Source: Octopus vulgaris (taxonomy: Eukaryota). Taken from it: DNA of 64,000 nt. The translations under genes and the position numbers were made by a program. Shown here piece by piece: positions 1 through 13,025 of the stretch (positions within the stretch are counted from its first letter, which is position 1; each line of letters begins with the position of its first letter). The stretch covers positions 92,938,001 to 93,002,000 of the forward strand of contig OX597822.1 in assembly GCA_951406725.2 (NCBI GenBank), given 5' to 3'. Below the pieces are notes generated by a model. That model was not told the DNA's origin and did no database searches. It worked only from the letters and a program-made list of their open reading frames with translations.

Positions 1-452
1 CATGGCCCCTTGGGCACGTGTATTCCACTATAGCCTTGGGCTGACCATAGCCTTGTGAGTGGATTTGGTTGACCAAAGAAGCCCATCATGTATCTGTGTG
101 TCTTTGTGTCTGTGTTTGTACCCCACCACTTGACAACCAGTGTTGGTTTGTTTACGTCCCCGTAAGTTCAGCCAAAGAGGCTGATAAAATAAGTTCTAGG
201 CTTTAAAAAATATGTAATGGGGTTGATTCATTTGATGAAAAATCCCATAGGGCGGTGCTCCTGCGTGGTCGCAGTCTAATGCTTGAAATGAGTAAAAGAT
301 AAAATATGTAGCTCCTGTTCTGCTCTGGCCCTTTCTTTTGAAACTTCCCCCAGCATAAAGTTTCCCTCCCCATTCAGGGTTTGTAGCTTTGCCAACTGTG
401 TTGATGGCACAAAATAAGTACCCAGTCCACTCTGTTAAGTGGTTGGTGTTAG

Positions 453-684
453 GGAGGCGAGCTGGCAGAAACGTTAGCACGACGGGCGAAATGCTTAGCG
501 GTATTTCGTCTGCCGTTACGTTGTGAGTTCAAATTCCACCGAGGTCGACTTTGCCTTTCATCCTTTCGGGGTCGATAAATTTAGTACCAGTTACGCCCTG
601 GGGTCGATGTAATCGACTTAATACCTATGTCTGTCCTTGTTTGTCCCCTCTGTGTTTAGCCCCTTGTCGGTAATAAAGAAATAG
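453..684 (+). mobile_element. tRNA-derived SINE, family B (MetaSINE-like core), near full length, inserted in an RTE 3'UTR fragment
   Basis: Head GGCGAGCTGGCAGAA, B-box GAGTTCAAATTCC, core GTCGACTTTGCCTTTCATCCTTTCGGGGTCGATAAA...AGTACCAG, A-rich tail. Roughly 30 related copies in the window. Confidence 0.85.
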
Positions 685-1050
685 GTATTAGAGAGGTCAC
701 CCAGGGGTAGAAACCTTGCCAAAGCAGACACTGGAGTACGGATGCAGCCTGTGGGCTGCTAGGATCCTGTCAAACTATGCAACCCATTCCAGCATGAAAC
801 ATGGATGGTAAATGACAATGACGATGGTGATGGTGATGATGATGATGATGGTGATGATGATGGTGATGATGATGGTGGTGATGATGGTGATGATGATGAT
901 GATGCAGTTGCAGTAGATGCAGCAGTGACATTGTTTTCAGATTTGTTTCCACAATGAATCCTATTGACTTCTGTCTTTGAGGCTTCCTTAGTTTGGTGTT
1001 GGGGAAAGAGAGGTGTAAGACTAGTGGCTTTCTTTTTGTGTTTCTGTCAG

Positions 1051-1126
1051 AATATCGAGGAATGCGGAAAGGAAAATAAAGGGACTTGCATGTATGAGGC
1101 ACCGGCTGTCTCTACCAAACTTCCTT
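1051..1126 (+). CDS. Candidate upstream exon of the AKAP9/pericentrin-like gene (NIEECGKENKGTCMYEAPAVSTKLP)
   Basis: Acceptor tctttttgtgtttctgtcAG, donor CTT|GTTAGT. 76 nt open in phase 0 and ending phase 1, which matches the phase-1 start of exon 13658. Non-repetitive island; no recognisable homology. Confidence 0.5.
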
Positions 1127-1254
1127 GTTAGTATTGGTGGAGAGGGGGAGGTGGTGAGCTGGCAGAATTGTTAACATACTGGACGAAATACTCAGTGGCA
1201 TTTTGTCTGTCTTTACATTGAGTTCAAATTCCACGATGGTTGACTTTGCCTTTT

Positions 1255-1835
1255 ATCATCATCATCATCATCATTTAACATCTGTTGTCCATACTGGCAT
1301 GGGTTGGATGGTTTGATCAGGCTGGTATGCTGGAAGGCTGCATCAGACTCCAGTCTAATTTGGTATGGTTTCCGTGGCTGGATGCCCTTCCTCTTTGAGA
1401 GTGTAATGGGTACTTCCACATGACACTGGCATGGGTGCCATTTGCACGACACCGGGGTGCCTTTATGTGTCACCGGCATGGGTGCCAATTTGCGTGACAC
1501 CGCTATCTGCCACGACTGTGATTTTGCTCGGCTTGATGGGTTTTCTTCCCTAGCGTGATTTAATGCCATAGGTTTTGGTCATTGCTTCTGTGAGGCCCAA
1601 CACTTGCCACTTTTCCTCCACAAGCCCAATGCTTGAAAGGAACTCAGCCATTTTACCTCCATGAGACCCAATGCTTGAAAGGAACCCATCTACTTTGCCT
1701 CCATGAGGCCCAATGCTCATAAGGAACTCAGCCACTTTGCCTCTGTGAGGCCCAACACTTGAAAGGAACTCAACCACTTTGCCTCCATGAGGCCCAACAC
1801 TTAAAAGGAACTCAGCCACTTTATCTCTATGAGTC
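1255..1835 (-). mobile_element. RTE-clade LINE 3' end with internal 42-bp minisatellite and (GAT)n tail
   Basis: Minus strand encodes LGLTEAMT, as in the RTE ORF end at 3990-4020, followed by the GGAAGGGCATCCAGC 3'UTR and (GAT)n. About 6 tandem 42-bp units at ~1590-1835. Confidence 0.7.
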
Positions 1836-2984
1836 AGTGAAATAAGAACCACTGAAGCACTGCCATCCATTTGCCCCCTCCCCTCAAATTTCAGGCCTTG
1901 AGCCTATAAAAGAAATAATTAGTAAGGTGGTGAGCTCGTTAAACCCTTAGAGCATTGGAAAAAGTGCTTAGTGGTAGTTCTTCTGACTCTTTACATTTGG
2001 CGTTCAAATTCTGCCAAGGCCGACTTAGCTTTCATCCTTTTGGGATTGATAAAACAAGTATGAGTTGAGCACTAGGGGTGATATAATCGACCAGATCCTT
2101 CTTCCAAAATTTCAGGCCTTATGCCTATAGTCATCTTCATCATACATCCACTTTCCATCCTGGCATAGGTTGGATAGTTTGACTGGGGACTGGCAAGCCA
2201 AGAGGCTGCACCAGGCTTTCAATCTGATCTGGCAATGTTTCTACAGCTGGATGCCCTTCCTAGCGCCAACCACTCTGAGAGTGTAGTGGGTGATCTTTGT
2301 AGCAGAGGGCTCTTTGCATCCTGAGTTCAAATACCATTGAGGTCCACTTGGTATTCTTGATATTCGAAATATTGTATATGTTTACCAATGTATGTTTGGG
2401 ATAATTTCAGCTGTTTTTATCTGACATTCCTCTGCCGTAGCCTCATTCGAAGACAATGGTTATGAAAACATCCTGTTTGAATATTTCTACTTTTTTGTAC
2501 TTCTTTCCTTCTTGTAGTAAAAATGGAAAACATATTTTATGTATTTTCACCTGTATAAAGGTCATTTTAATGTTTTAAAATATGATGAAATGTGGGGTGA
2601 GCAGAGGGCAAAGGTCATATATTACAGAACACATTTAGCAATATCTGTATGTATTTATGATCACCTTGTCTCCAAGGCTACTACTGCTGCTGCTGCTGCT
2701 GCTGCTACTATTGCTGCTACTAATACTACTATTGCTGCTGCTACTGCAAGCTGGCAAGGTTGTTATTGTACTGGGCTACATGCTTAGCAGCATTTTTTCC
2801 GACTACACACCCTGAGTTCAAATGTAGCCCGAAGTCAAATTTGCTTTTCTACCTTTTGGGGTCGATGAAATAAGTACCAGTTGAAGATTGGGACTGATGT
2901 AATCGACTTCCCCTACTTCCCCCGAAATTGCTGGCCTTGTGCCAAAATTTGAAATCTTTATTATTCTTCTTCTTCTTATTATTG

Positions 2985-3535
2985 AGTGAGAGAGCAGCAT
3001 ATGCCACCAAAGTGACACTGGGGTAAAAATATACGAAGCCCAGTATACCCATCATGACTACCCATCTGATAAGGGTACACCAGGTATATGCATCACAACC
3101 ACATGTGCGTGACAAGGTGATCTCATATCAAGATAAACAGCACATGGCCCAGTTGGAATTTTCATCAGGTTGAGTAACCAATTTCACTCAAGAGGTCCTT
3201 GAACAAGGATTGTTTAAGAATGTTGAACAAGACACCCATGTTTCCAAAGGTGAATTATTCAAACCCCAAAGAATTCCTCTCAACACATGGCTATGATGCT
3301 CTCCCACTACTTCTGCTTATGATCAGAGATGCACATATTGTCAGCCACTCAGGGACATGCTCAATTAGTTACAGTCAGATAACTGATAATCAAATCTGTG
3401 GTATTCAGCAGAATATTTGCTCTAGCCCATCTTTTTAATACCATGACAAAACGATGTACATGATAACACTTCCAATCAGTTAAGATCAGAAGCCATGGGG
3501 AGCCACTGCTTGGTACTGCATCAGGGCATTTATTT
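2985..3535. repeat. Unclassified interspersed repeat flanked by (TTA)n
   Basis: Mixed-composition 550-bp block sharply bounded by TTA/TTC repeats, no credible ORF. Classification not possible by eye. Confidence 0.4.
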
Positions 3536-3865
3536 TTATTATTATTTGAAGGACATATGGTCTAGTGGTAAGGGTATTGCACTCACGATCATGAGATCGC
3601 GGTTTCAGTTCCTGGACCAGGTGGTGTGTTGTGTTCTTGAGCAAGAAGCTTCATCTCACATTGTTCTCTGAGCATTGTGATGCCTGATATGTGGTACATT
3701 CATCTGTTCAGGCAATGTCGATTTGATGGAAGGACTGAGCTAATGTGCTGCACATACTTTTGGACATTATGAACAAATCGTCTGTGCAGGCTCGTTGGCC
3801 AGAAGCTGCTCATACATCATGTTCAGTGGGAGAGCCCATCATCATCATCATCATCATCATCATCT

Positions 3866-4560
3866 GTGTTGGTATGGTCATGTGATATGTATAGACGAGG
3901 ACAGCTGTGTGAAGAAGTGTCAGTGGAGGGAACCTGTGGAAGAGGTAGACCCAGGAAGACATGGGACGAGGTGATGAAGCATGATGTTTGAATGTTGGGC
4001 CTCACGGAGGCAATGACAAGTGACTGAGACCTTTGGAGATATGCCGTGCTTGAGAAGAGCCATCAAGTGAAGTGAAATCATAGTCGTGGCTGATGTCCGT
4101 GTCGCATAACTGGCACATAAAAAGCACCCTTCAAACGTTGGACGATATGCTGTTCTTGTGAAGACCTTTCGAGCTGAGTGAAATCATAGTTGTGGCCAAT
4201 GCCAATGCCATCTGACTGGCACCTGTGCCGGTGGTATATAAAAATCACCATTCGAGTGTTGGGCCTCATGGAAGCAGTGACAGGTGACCAAGACCCTTGG
4301 TGATATGCTGTGCTTGTGTAGACCTGTCAAGCCAAATGAGACCGTGGTCGTGGTTGATGCCGGTGTCAGGTCAATGGCACGCATGTCAGTGGCATCTAAA
4401 AAAACACCCACTACACTCTGAGTGGTTGGTGTTAGGAAGGGCATTCAGCTGTAGGAAGTTTCCCAAGTCAGATTGGAACCTGGTACAGCTTACCAGTTTT
4501 CAGTCAAACCATCCAACCCATATGAGCATGGAAAGTGAGATGTTAAGTGGTGATGATGAT
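3866..4560 (+). mobile_element. RTE-clade LINE 3' fragment: degenerate ORF C-terminus, 3'UTR and (GAT)n tail
   Basis: Translates with frameshift/stops to WYGHV..DEDSCVKKC..VEGTCGRGRPRKTWDEVMKHD..MLGLTEAMT, the typical RTE C-terminal W.GHV/RGRPR motif. The 3'UTR recurs many times (e.g. 25497-25715, 28503-28770, 44930-45280, 56396-56590, 60005-60333). Confidence 0.85.
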
Positions 4561-7419
4561 AAACTACAAGTTCAATTAGGTCAAAAAGACAATGTATGTG
4601 TATGTAGATGCATGTGTGTGTGTGTGTGTGTGTGTGTTTGTGTGTAAATGGTGCAAATGGGTGGTGGTGGTTAAATTCTCAGAAACTTAATTTTTAGACT
4701 GGTACTTATTTCATTGATCACCTTTGCTGAACCACTAAGTTACGAGGACATAAACACACCAACATTGGTTGTGAAGCAGTGGTGGGAGTCAAACAAGGAC
4801 CATGAACACACACACGCACACGATGGGCTTCACACAGTTTCTGTCTATCAAATTCTCTCTAAAGGGCAGTGGTGGTGTATGTGTGCATGTGTCCTTTGTT
4901 TGACACCACCACCACCACCACCACCACTTCACATCCAGTGTTGGTTTGTTTACATCCTCTGTCAGAAGAGACCGATAGAATAAGTGGCCGAGTTAAAAGA
5001 AATTGAAGAAAGAAAACCACTGAAGTCCATTTGTTTGACTAAAACGCTTCCGGGCGGTGCCCCAGCATGGCCACAGTCCAGTGACTGAAACAAAAGATTA
5101 AAGATCAATCAGGGGTCAAGTTAATTAATGTGTCATAGTTGTGTCATAACGACTCCCTTTCCTGTCATACACAAATCCAAAGACTGAGACCCCCACCCCT
5201 CCACCCGATGAAACTGCAGCATCAGCAGCAACATCAGCAGCTCACCAGCACCCACACCCTCACCCCACCTTCCCACACTGTTCCATCTAGGGGGAAGGGG
5301 AGATTTATTGATGGGGGAAGTGTTTCCTTATTCGCTCACCCCTCACTCCTCATTCCCTCCTGTTCCCTACGTCTCCCTTCCTTTCTCCACACTTTCGCTC
5401 TCTCCTCTTCCTTTCTTTCACTACCCCTCACTCCCTCCTCCATCTCCCCCTCTCCTCTTTTTCCTCTCTTTATTGTCCTCTTCCTTTCTACAGTGATTGC
5501 CAATAACTTTGAAAGAAAAAAAGGGAACAGATTTGGCATAACACTTCCTGACATCAATAAATGGTGGGGGTGGGGGTGGGAGGTGAGGTGGTGGGAAGGG
5601 AAGGTGGTGGAGGTGGTGTTTTGGAGGCTGTGATGGTGGTGGTGATTTTGTCTAGTGGTTGGGTGGGGAGTGTTTCAGGTGGGAAGGTCCTGTTTGGAAT
5701 GAAGATGTTAGTGGTGTTTGAATCTGGGGTAGTAGCTATGCTAGTAGTAGTAATAGTAGCAGCAGTAGTAGTAGTTAGTCAAATGAATCAACCTCACTGC
5801 TTTTTTTTATTGTTTTTAAAAAAAGCCTGCTACTTATTCTGTTGAACTGTTTTGTCGAAGTGCTAAGTTAAGGGGACATAAACACACCAACACCAGTTGT
5901 CATGTGGTGGTCACACACAAACACACACATGTGATGGGCTTCTTTCGGTTTCCATCTCCAAATGCACTCCCAAGACTCGAGTCTATAACGGAAGGCACAT
6001 GCCCAAAGTGTCACGCAGTGGGATTGAACCCAGAACCATGTGGTTGGGAAGCAAGCTCCATACTATACAGCCACTGCTGCACCTATATAGTTCTATATAA
6101 TTTTCACAAACGCCCCAATGGATTATTATTGTTGAATGGGTTGTTGTTGTTATTGTATAACCCCAGGTCTGCTCTGATTGAGCCGATCCATGATCACTGG
6201 CATTTCAGCTATGGTCATTCCATTCTTGTACGATTACGTAATCCACACTGTTCTCTATTTAAGCCAGCAACACAAGATATAGAAAAGATTTGGCTGCTAT
6301 TTCTAGGATATTGGACGACCATGTATAAGCTCTCTCATTGACACAGGGATGGTGGTGGTGGTGGTGGTGTTATATACAAGACCATATGTTTCTTGTTTAA
6401 TTTATTGATTTTTAGTGTTTTTTTCATTGAGATGTGTCACTTGATTATGACAATGACACTGCTCCCCGCACTTGCCCTCCTGTCATCTTTTTTTTTCTAT
6501 TTCTGGAGACTCCCCCCCCACATCCTATCACTTCCTCTCCCTCTCTCCTCCTACTCATCATCATCATCATCATCTGTTCATTGTGTGTGTGTGTGTGTGT
6601 GTGTGAGAGACAGAGGGAAAGTGAATGAGTCTTTCCCTCACCCAGCTTCATATCCTTTTATAAAGTGGGTGTATAAATCTTGCTATTACAGTCTGTGTGT
6701 GTGTGTGTGTGTATACAAAATATATGATTTCAAAATGAAAACACAGGAGGGGCAAGTTTTAGTAAATGTGTCTGGGTGCATGTATATTTATATTATATAT
6801 ATATGTATATACACATACATACACACACACACACCTATACACAGTGGGTGTGTGATTGAAACTGCATCCCTTCCTTAGGAAAGGGATGCCTGCTGAATTC
6901 TTAATGATTACATCTGTGTGTGTGCCTGTGTCCTCTTGCTGCTCCCCATCATTCTAGGCTGCTGCATCACTCACTTTCTCTTCCTCTTCACCCTTTGTGT
7001 TTGTTGTATTGTTGTGTGTCTCTGTCAAGACTTTCTCTTAATTCATATTGTATCTTCCCTTCTTTCTCTCCCTGTCTCTCTCTCTCTCTTGATTCGACTC
7101 TGTAACTCTCTTCAGTACTAATTCTCTACTCTGTCTCTATGACTGCCACACCCTCTTGACTATGCTGACTTTATGAACTCTCTCTCAGTCTGTCTCTGTC
7201 TTTCTCTCTCTCTCTCTCAGCCTGTCCCTGTCCCTCTACCAGGCTGTCCCTTCCACTTCTGCTACTACTACCACTACTACTTCTACTACTACTATTCCTC
7301 CTTCTACAACACAATCTCTGCTCATGCTGGGTTCCTGAGGATAATATCTTTGTTAATGGTAACATTTCTTTTACATTTTTGATGACATTTTCTTCTTTCT
7401 ATCCACTATTGTTGTTGTT

Positions 7420-7640
7420 GTAGTTGTTATTTACAGCCCTGGGTTAGACTTACTCCAGCAGACTTGTGATCAAAGCCATTCCAACACCTGGCCATCCTGT
7501 CCTTTATAAGTGTCTATAAAACAACATTATCTGATTCCAATGTGTCTCTACCTTTTGTTGTAAAAGCCGGCCGGGTGTGTAATTTGGGAGAGATTTGGCT
7601 GCTATTTCTTGCAGCTTGGGCAATCAAGTAGAACAATCTT
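7420..7640 (-). mobile_element. Interspersed repeat family E (SINE-like, (AAC)n tail on minus strand)
   Basis: Shared blocks tttaaccccaggtcag...gatcaaaggcattccag and gagagatttggctgctatttctag. Also at ~6150, 7930, 8310, 11740 (opposite strand), 36740, 49560, 50670, 58480. Confidence 0.65.
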
Positions 7641-8692
7641 CTAATGATGGTGGTGGTGATGGTGTCTCAGTGCTGTTATTGTTGTTGGTGGTGGTGGTCA
7701 TGGTCTTGGTGATGCTGATATCAGTAGCCCTTGTCTTCTGTATGTTAAGATCCTTAAAAAGATAAGGTTTGTTTGGGTTTTTAAGGTTGCAGTGTCCTTA
7801 ATATGTGAGTCCACTTAAAAAATAAAAAGGGATTGGAAGTAGTGTATTAGGGTCCAGTGTCTTTCAGGGAGCAGATAGAAGTTTGTTTACATTGATCAGT
7901 TACGCATGTGTGTGTTGTGTTTATTTGGATTCTTTGTTGCTTAACCCCAGGTCAGAACTGATGGGGACACATTTGACCATCCTGTCATGTTTCTTTCCCT
8001 ACTCCAATCTTACAGTGTCTGATGTGTCCTTCTTTACTTTTGGTTTTAAGATGGTAGGATGTGTTTTGAGGCTGGATTGGCTGCTATTTCTACTGGGTTG
8101 ATTGACTGCATAGAAGCTCCCTTGTTGGACTAGGGCCATTTCAGCCTTGACTACAGAATCTATTCCCATTAAAAAAAAAATTTTTTAAGGATCACATCAA
8201 CTAATGTATTTAAGGGAGATTTGACTGCTATTTCTAGCAGAGATGTGTGTGTTGTGTTGTGTCTGTTTACATTTACAACTGTGTGTGTTTGTAGACATGC
8301 ATGTAACTGTTATTGTTTAACCCCAGGCCAACTCACTTCCAGTACATCTACATCCAAAGACATTCTAACCATGACCACCTCACCTTTCAGATACTCTTTA
8401 TCTCAAATTATGCAATGTTCTTCCTTTCATTTTGCTTTAAAGCAGTTGGGTGTGATTTGAGAGAGACTTAGTTGATATTTTTAGTGAATCAATAACTATG
8501 TAACGATGTATATATACATACATGTCAGCAAGTGTATTTGCGTATGTATGTATGTATGTATATATATATGATATTTTTATAAACAACCCTGAAAGGCTTT
8601 GCAAGTTATGGAGAGAACGCTACTATGGAAGGCTCATAGTATAATAGGAGAATAAATATTATTATGATATGATATAGTTATTATATATAATA

Positions 8693-9019
8693 CTGTATTT
8701 GATGGACCATAAGATGCACGAGTGTATAGGATGTACCTTAGCCTAGGCTATATTTTTGTAAGATAAATTACCACTAAAATAATGTATTAATTCCTCCACT
8801 TACCTGTATAACTTTATTGTTACCGGTAATTATAAGCAATTTATTGCATCCACATTCGATGTAAACATACCATAGGCAATTGTTCACTAATAGATGGCAG
8901 CACATGTTTTGTAAACATACATATCGTTTTGAGCCTACATTGAGTACATTGGATGCAGGGGGATTTTTAAAGTCATTTTTGGGTAAAAAAAGGTGTGTCT
9001 TCTAGACCATAAAATATGG
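8693..9019. mobile_element. pogo/Tc2-type MITE
   Basis: TA flanks and imperfect ~27-bp TIRs: CTGTATTTGATGGACCATAAGATGCAC versus reverse complement CCATATTTTATGGTCTAGAAGACACAC. Confidence 0.7.
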
Positions 9020-9034
9020 TATGTATCTGTGTGT

Positions 9035-9072
<38 letters not shown>

Positions 9073-10552
9073 TTACATACAAGAGACCAAAGTGTCTGTA
9101 CGCCGCCATACGTATATAAAAAGGAATACAATATAGTAGAAGACACTTGCCCAAGGTGTCACACAGAGGGACTGAACCTGTAACCATGTTGTTGGGCAGC
9201 AAGCTTCTTACTACACAGCCATGCCTGCATATATATATATATATATATATATATGGCTGTGATTTTAAGAAGCTTGCTTCCCACCAGTGTGGTCTTAGGT
9301 TCTGGCCCATTATGAGCAAGTGTCCTCTACTATGGCCCCAGGGTGACTAGTGCTTGGTGAGTGAATTTCATAAGCAGAAATTATCTGGAAGCTGGTGCTG
9401 GTTGTTTGACATCCTCAAAACTTAGCAAAAGAGACCAATAGATTAAGTTCAAGTCCTCGACTCCCCAACAAGGTCAACTTTGCATGACATTCTTCCGGGC
9501 TTGGTAAAGTGCCAGACACAATCCTGAAGTGGGTGGGTGGGGTTGATATAATGGATGATGCCTAACCCCTTCCATTCCTAATATTGTCAACAAAGATTGA
9601 GTTTTGGAGTTTGTACTCAAAATTCTGGGAAGTAGAATTTGTTACCCCACCCCTCCTGGGGTAGGGTATTTTTTTTTTTTTTTTACTGTAGTTTGATCTT
9701 GTAGTGTAAGGTGTATATGGAGGAGGGAGGTGGGTGGGTGGGTGAAAACAAATGTCACCCCCACTTTTGCAAAGATTCACATTCTTTTGCTTCTGCTGTC
9801 AACCATGATTTTCATTATCTCTTCCCCTCTCACCTCGTTTAACGACATTATCTTCATCATCATCATCATCATCATCTCATGCTACACACCACCATCTGCT
9901 CATCCCATATCATACCTTACCCTCACTGTTCCCACTGCCATCACCATCACCATATTTCATAATATCCCCAACCCATCATCATCATCATCATCTTTCCTGT
10001 GTCATGCCATCACTTGATCCTCTTCTTGTTCCATATATTCTTCCCTCTTCACCACCACCACCAACACCACTTTCCCACCTCTACTCCTTCACCATCCCTG
10101 CACTTCCTCTGCCCCTCCACCACTACTTCCATCTCCATCATCATTATCACCCCTTCACCATCTTCTCGATTGAGTGAAGAATAAGGGTTAATAGCAGATT
10201 CAAGGGATGCTCTTTATTCCCTGGGGAAATGTCCCCTCTTGAAGAATATTACTGTTCTTTTCCTCACCCACTAATTCCATCATTATCATCATCATCATCA
10301 TCATCGGTTGATTATGTATCTCTCTCAGCACCCACCCTCGTTTATGTTGCCTTCCCTTCCTCCCTTCCTGTCTAGTCGGTTAACCATGGAATTCCAGGAT
10401 TTTCCATGCACATTTGTGTGTGTGTGTGTGCAAGAGAGAGAGAGGGAGAAATAGTTTGAACGTCTTACAAATTCCTTTCCTTGCTGCTTGGGTCATCGTC
10501 AGTTTTCTTTCACATTCCTATTGCAATTACACTTTATGCACATGCATTATGT

Positions 10553-10599
<47 letters not shown>

Positions 10600-10751
10600 A
10601 TGAACACTCCTATAATCTTACCAATAGGAACAAAACTTACTCGCCTGTTTCACACACAACTACATGCATAGCCTCACGTACACACACACACTCTCTCTCT
10701 CATACATATATAAACACATACTATATATATGTGTGTATGTATATATATATA

Positions 10752-10797
<46 letters not shown>

Positions 10798-10801
<4 letters not shown>

Positions 10802-11175
10802 GGCATGTCTGTGTGGTAAGAGGCTTGTTTCCCAACCACATGGTTCTGGGTTCAGCCCCACTGCAGGGCACCTTAGGCAAGTGTGTTCTACTATAGCTTT
10901 GAGCTGACCAAAGCCTTGTGAGTGGATTTTGTCGACGGAAACTGAAAGAAGCCTGTAAATATTTTATGTTTGTGTGTGTGTTTGTGTCCCTCCCCACCAT
11001 CGCTTGACAACCGATGTTAGTGTGTTTATGTCCCTGTAACTTAGTGGTTCAGCAGAAGAGGCTGATAGAATAAACCCCAGGCTTACAAAGAATGTTCAAG
11101 GGTTGATTCCTTCGACTAAAAGGTGCTGCCCCAGCATGGCCTCACTCAACCGAAACAAGTGAAAGAATAAAAGAA
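10798..11175 (+). mobile_element. tRNA-derived SINE, family A (CORE-like CCTTGGGCAAG block)
   Basis: Same head, body and tail as the full copy at 29258-29648. Confidence 0.85.
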
Positions 11176-11342
11176 TATCTGTAGAAACCATGTCAAAACA
11201 GACAGTAGAACTTGGTGTGGCGCCTGACCTGGCCAGATCCCGTCAAACTATCCAACCCATGCTAGCATGGAAAATGGATGTTAAAGGATGATGATACACA
11301 TGCACACACACAGACATCTATATTTATATATATTCATACATA

Positions 11343-11550
11343 CATGGTGTTCATACATTATCTTTACAACTACCACAGTTTGTTTAGATGTGTTGTGTCC
11401 AGCCAAAGAGGCCCACATGGAAATGTTCTGATGTCTCTAATAAAATTTCATTTCTTTGCCTATCTTTTCCAATAGATTTCGCTAAATCATCCTTATTTTC
11501 GATTTGTTTCTGAATTTTTCAAATTGTAAAGGTAATTTACGGACACCTTG
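11343..11550 (+). mobile_element. Tc1/mariner-derived MITE
   Basis: TA flanks, imperfect 27-bp TIRs (CA(T/A)GGTGT...CTTTACAA). Internal remnant LDVLCPAKEAHMEMF* resembles a Tc1/mariner transposase C-terminus. Confidence 0.7.
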
Positions 11551-12243
11551 TATATATTTGCATACATACTTTATGTACATACATGTACACAACACAGACT
11601 CACACAAACAAAACCATATCCGTGTTGATTATTATTAATGTGTTTAATAACAAAGCTTATTTGTTGGGGAAAATGATTTTATGAGATCCTATTTGAGAGG
11701 AAACTGGTTTTATTTACAAATCCTACTTGAGAGAGAGAAAGAGGGGGAGCCTCTATGTGGTTGCTGTGCTTGCTAGAAATAACATCTAACTTAGCTGACT
11801 CTTAAAATAACCCTAACCCTACCTGACTCTTAAAATAGGAAACATAGGATGGGTGACAGCTGGACAGCATTCGGTCATTGGTCTGCTGCACTGTCCTAGA
11901 GTTAAACATTATCAGCAAATACACTTTGGGAAACTATTGAGATGAGGATTAATATATGGTGTGTGTGTTTGTCTGTCTTAATCCTGTTTCTTCACATATA
12001 TCGTTATTGTTGTCATCAGCATCCACGTGTGTATATATATATTCTTTAATTCTTTTATTTGTTTCAGTCATTTGACTGTGGCCATGCTGGAGCACTGCCT
12101 TTAGTCGAGCAAATCGACCCCATGACTTATTCTTTGTAAGCCTAGTACTTATTCTATTGGTATCTTTTGCTGAACCGATAAGCACACAAAGATTGGTTGT
12201 CAAGTGATGGTGGTGGGACAAATACAGACACACAAACATGTAC

Positions 12244-12279
<36 letters not shown>

Positions 12280-12505
12280 ATGTATGTATGTATGTATGTA
12301 TGTATTTGTGTGTCTGTGTTTGTCCCTCCACCATCACTTGACAACTGATGTTGGTGTGTTTAGGTCCTTGTAACATTAGTGCTTCAGCAAAAGAGACCAA
12401 TAAATATAATAAGTCATGGGGTCGATTTGTTCGATTAAAGGTGGTGCTCCAGTATGGCCACAATCAAATGATTGAAACAAATAAAAGAATATATATATAT
12501 ATATA

Positions 12506-12893
12506 GTTGAAAAAAGATTAGAGATCTATACAAATCAAATTTTTTATATATAAAAGATGGAGGTGGAAATAGTACATTTCAATTTAAGAGGGAGTTTAAT
12601 AAAAATGATTTTAAAAAAGTTATTATATAAAGGAAATATCACTGGTTTTGATGAATGTCATTGTATCAAATATCAGTAAAAATTTATAAAAATTTGAAGT
12701 AAAAACAGTTTATCTTCTGTCTAGGGGTCAAGAACATGTCTTTTGCTGACATTTGATAAGATAAGATTCATTGAAACCAGTACTATTCTTCTTTATATAA
12801 AAATTTCTTAAAATCATTTTTATTAAATCCCCTCTTAAATTGAAATGTCTTAGACTTACTTCTGTGCTATTTCTGCCTCCATATTTTATATAT
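12506..12893. mobile_element. Old foldback element in (TA)n with a decayed hammerhead-like motif in both arms
   Basis: Arms ~12546-12683 and ~12741-12893 are inverted repeats, with an unpaired tail at 12506-12545. Arm consensus atat-tTGATAA-gatga.attcatc-GAAA-ccag-TA-atat. Confidence 0.65.
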
Positions 12894-12901
12894 ATATATA
12901 T

Positions 12902-13025
12902 TAATCCCTCAACTATCGCGGGTGTTACGTTTGCAAAAACCTCCCACGATAAGTGAAAATCCGCAAAGTAGAAACAGTACTGTACTGTATATATTTAAAA
13001 TTATTTTTATAATTTGTATATATTT
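12902..13025 (+). mobile_element. Tigger/pogo-like DNA transposon terminal fragment
   Basis: TAATCCCTCAACTATCGCGGGTGTTACGTT...CGATAAGTGAAAATCCGCAAAG resembles Tigger termini; follows a TA run. Confidence 0.55.

Noticed and set aside
770-1102. Poly-His ORF
   Set aside because: Antisense read of a (GAT/GGT)n tail on an RTE 3'UTR.
1590-1835. Regularly spaced repeats resembling a CRISPR array (also 46200-46440, 60010-60220)
   Set aside because: Contiguous tandem units without unique spacers, inside a retroelement, in eukaryotic DNA with no cas genes.
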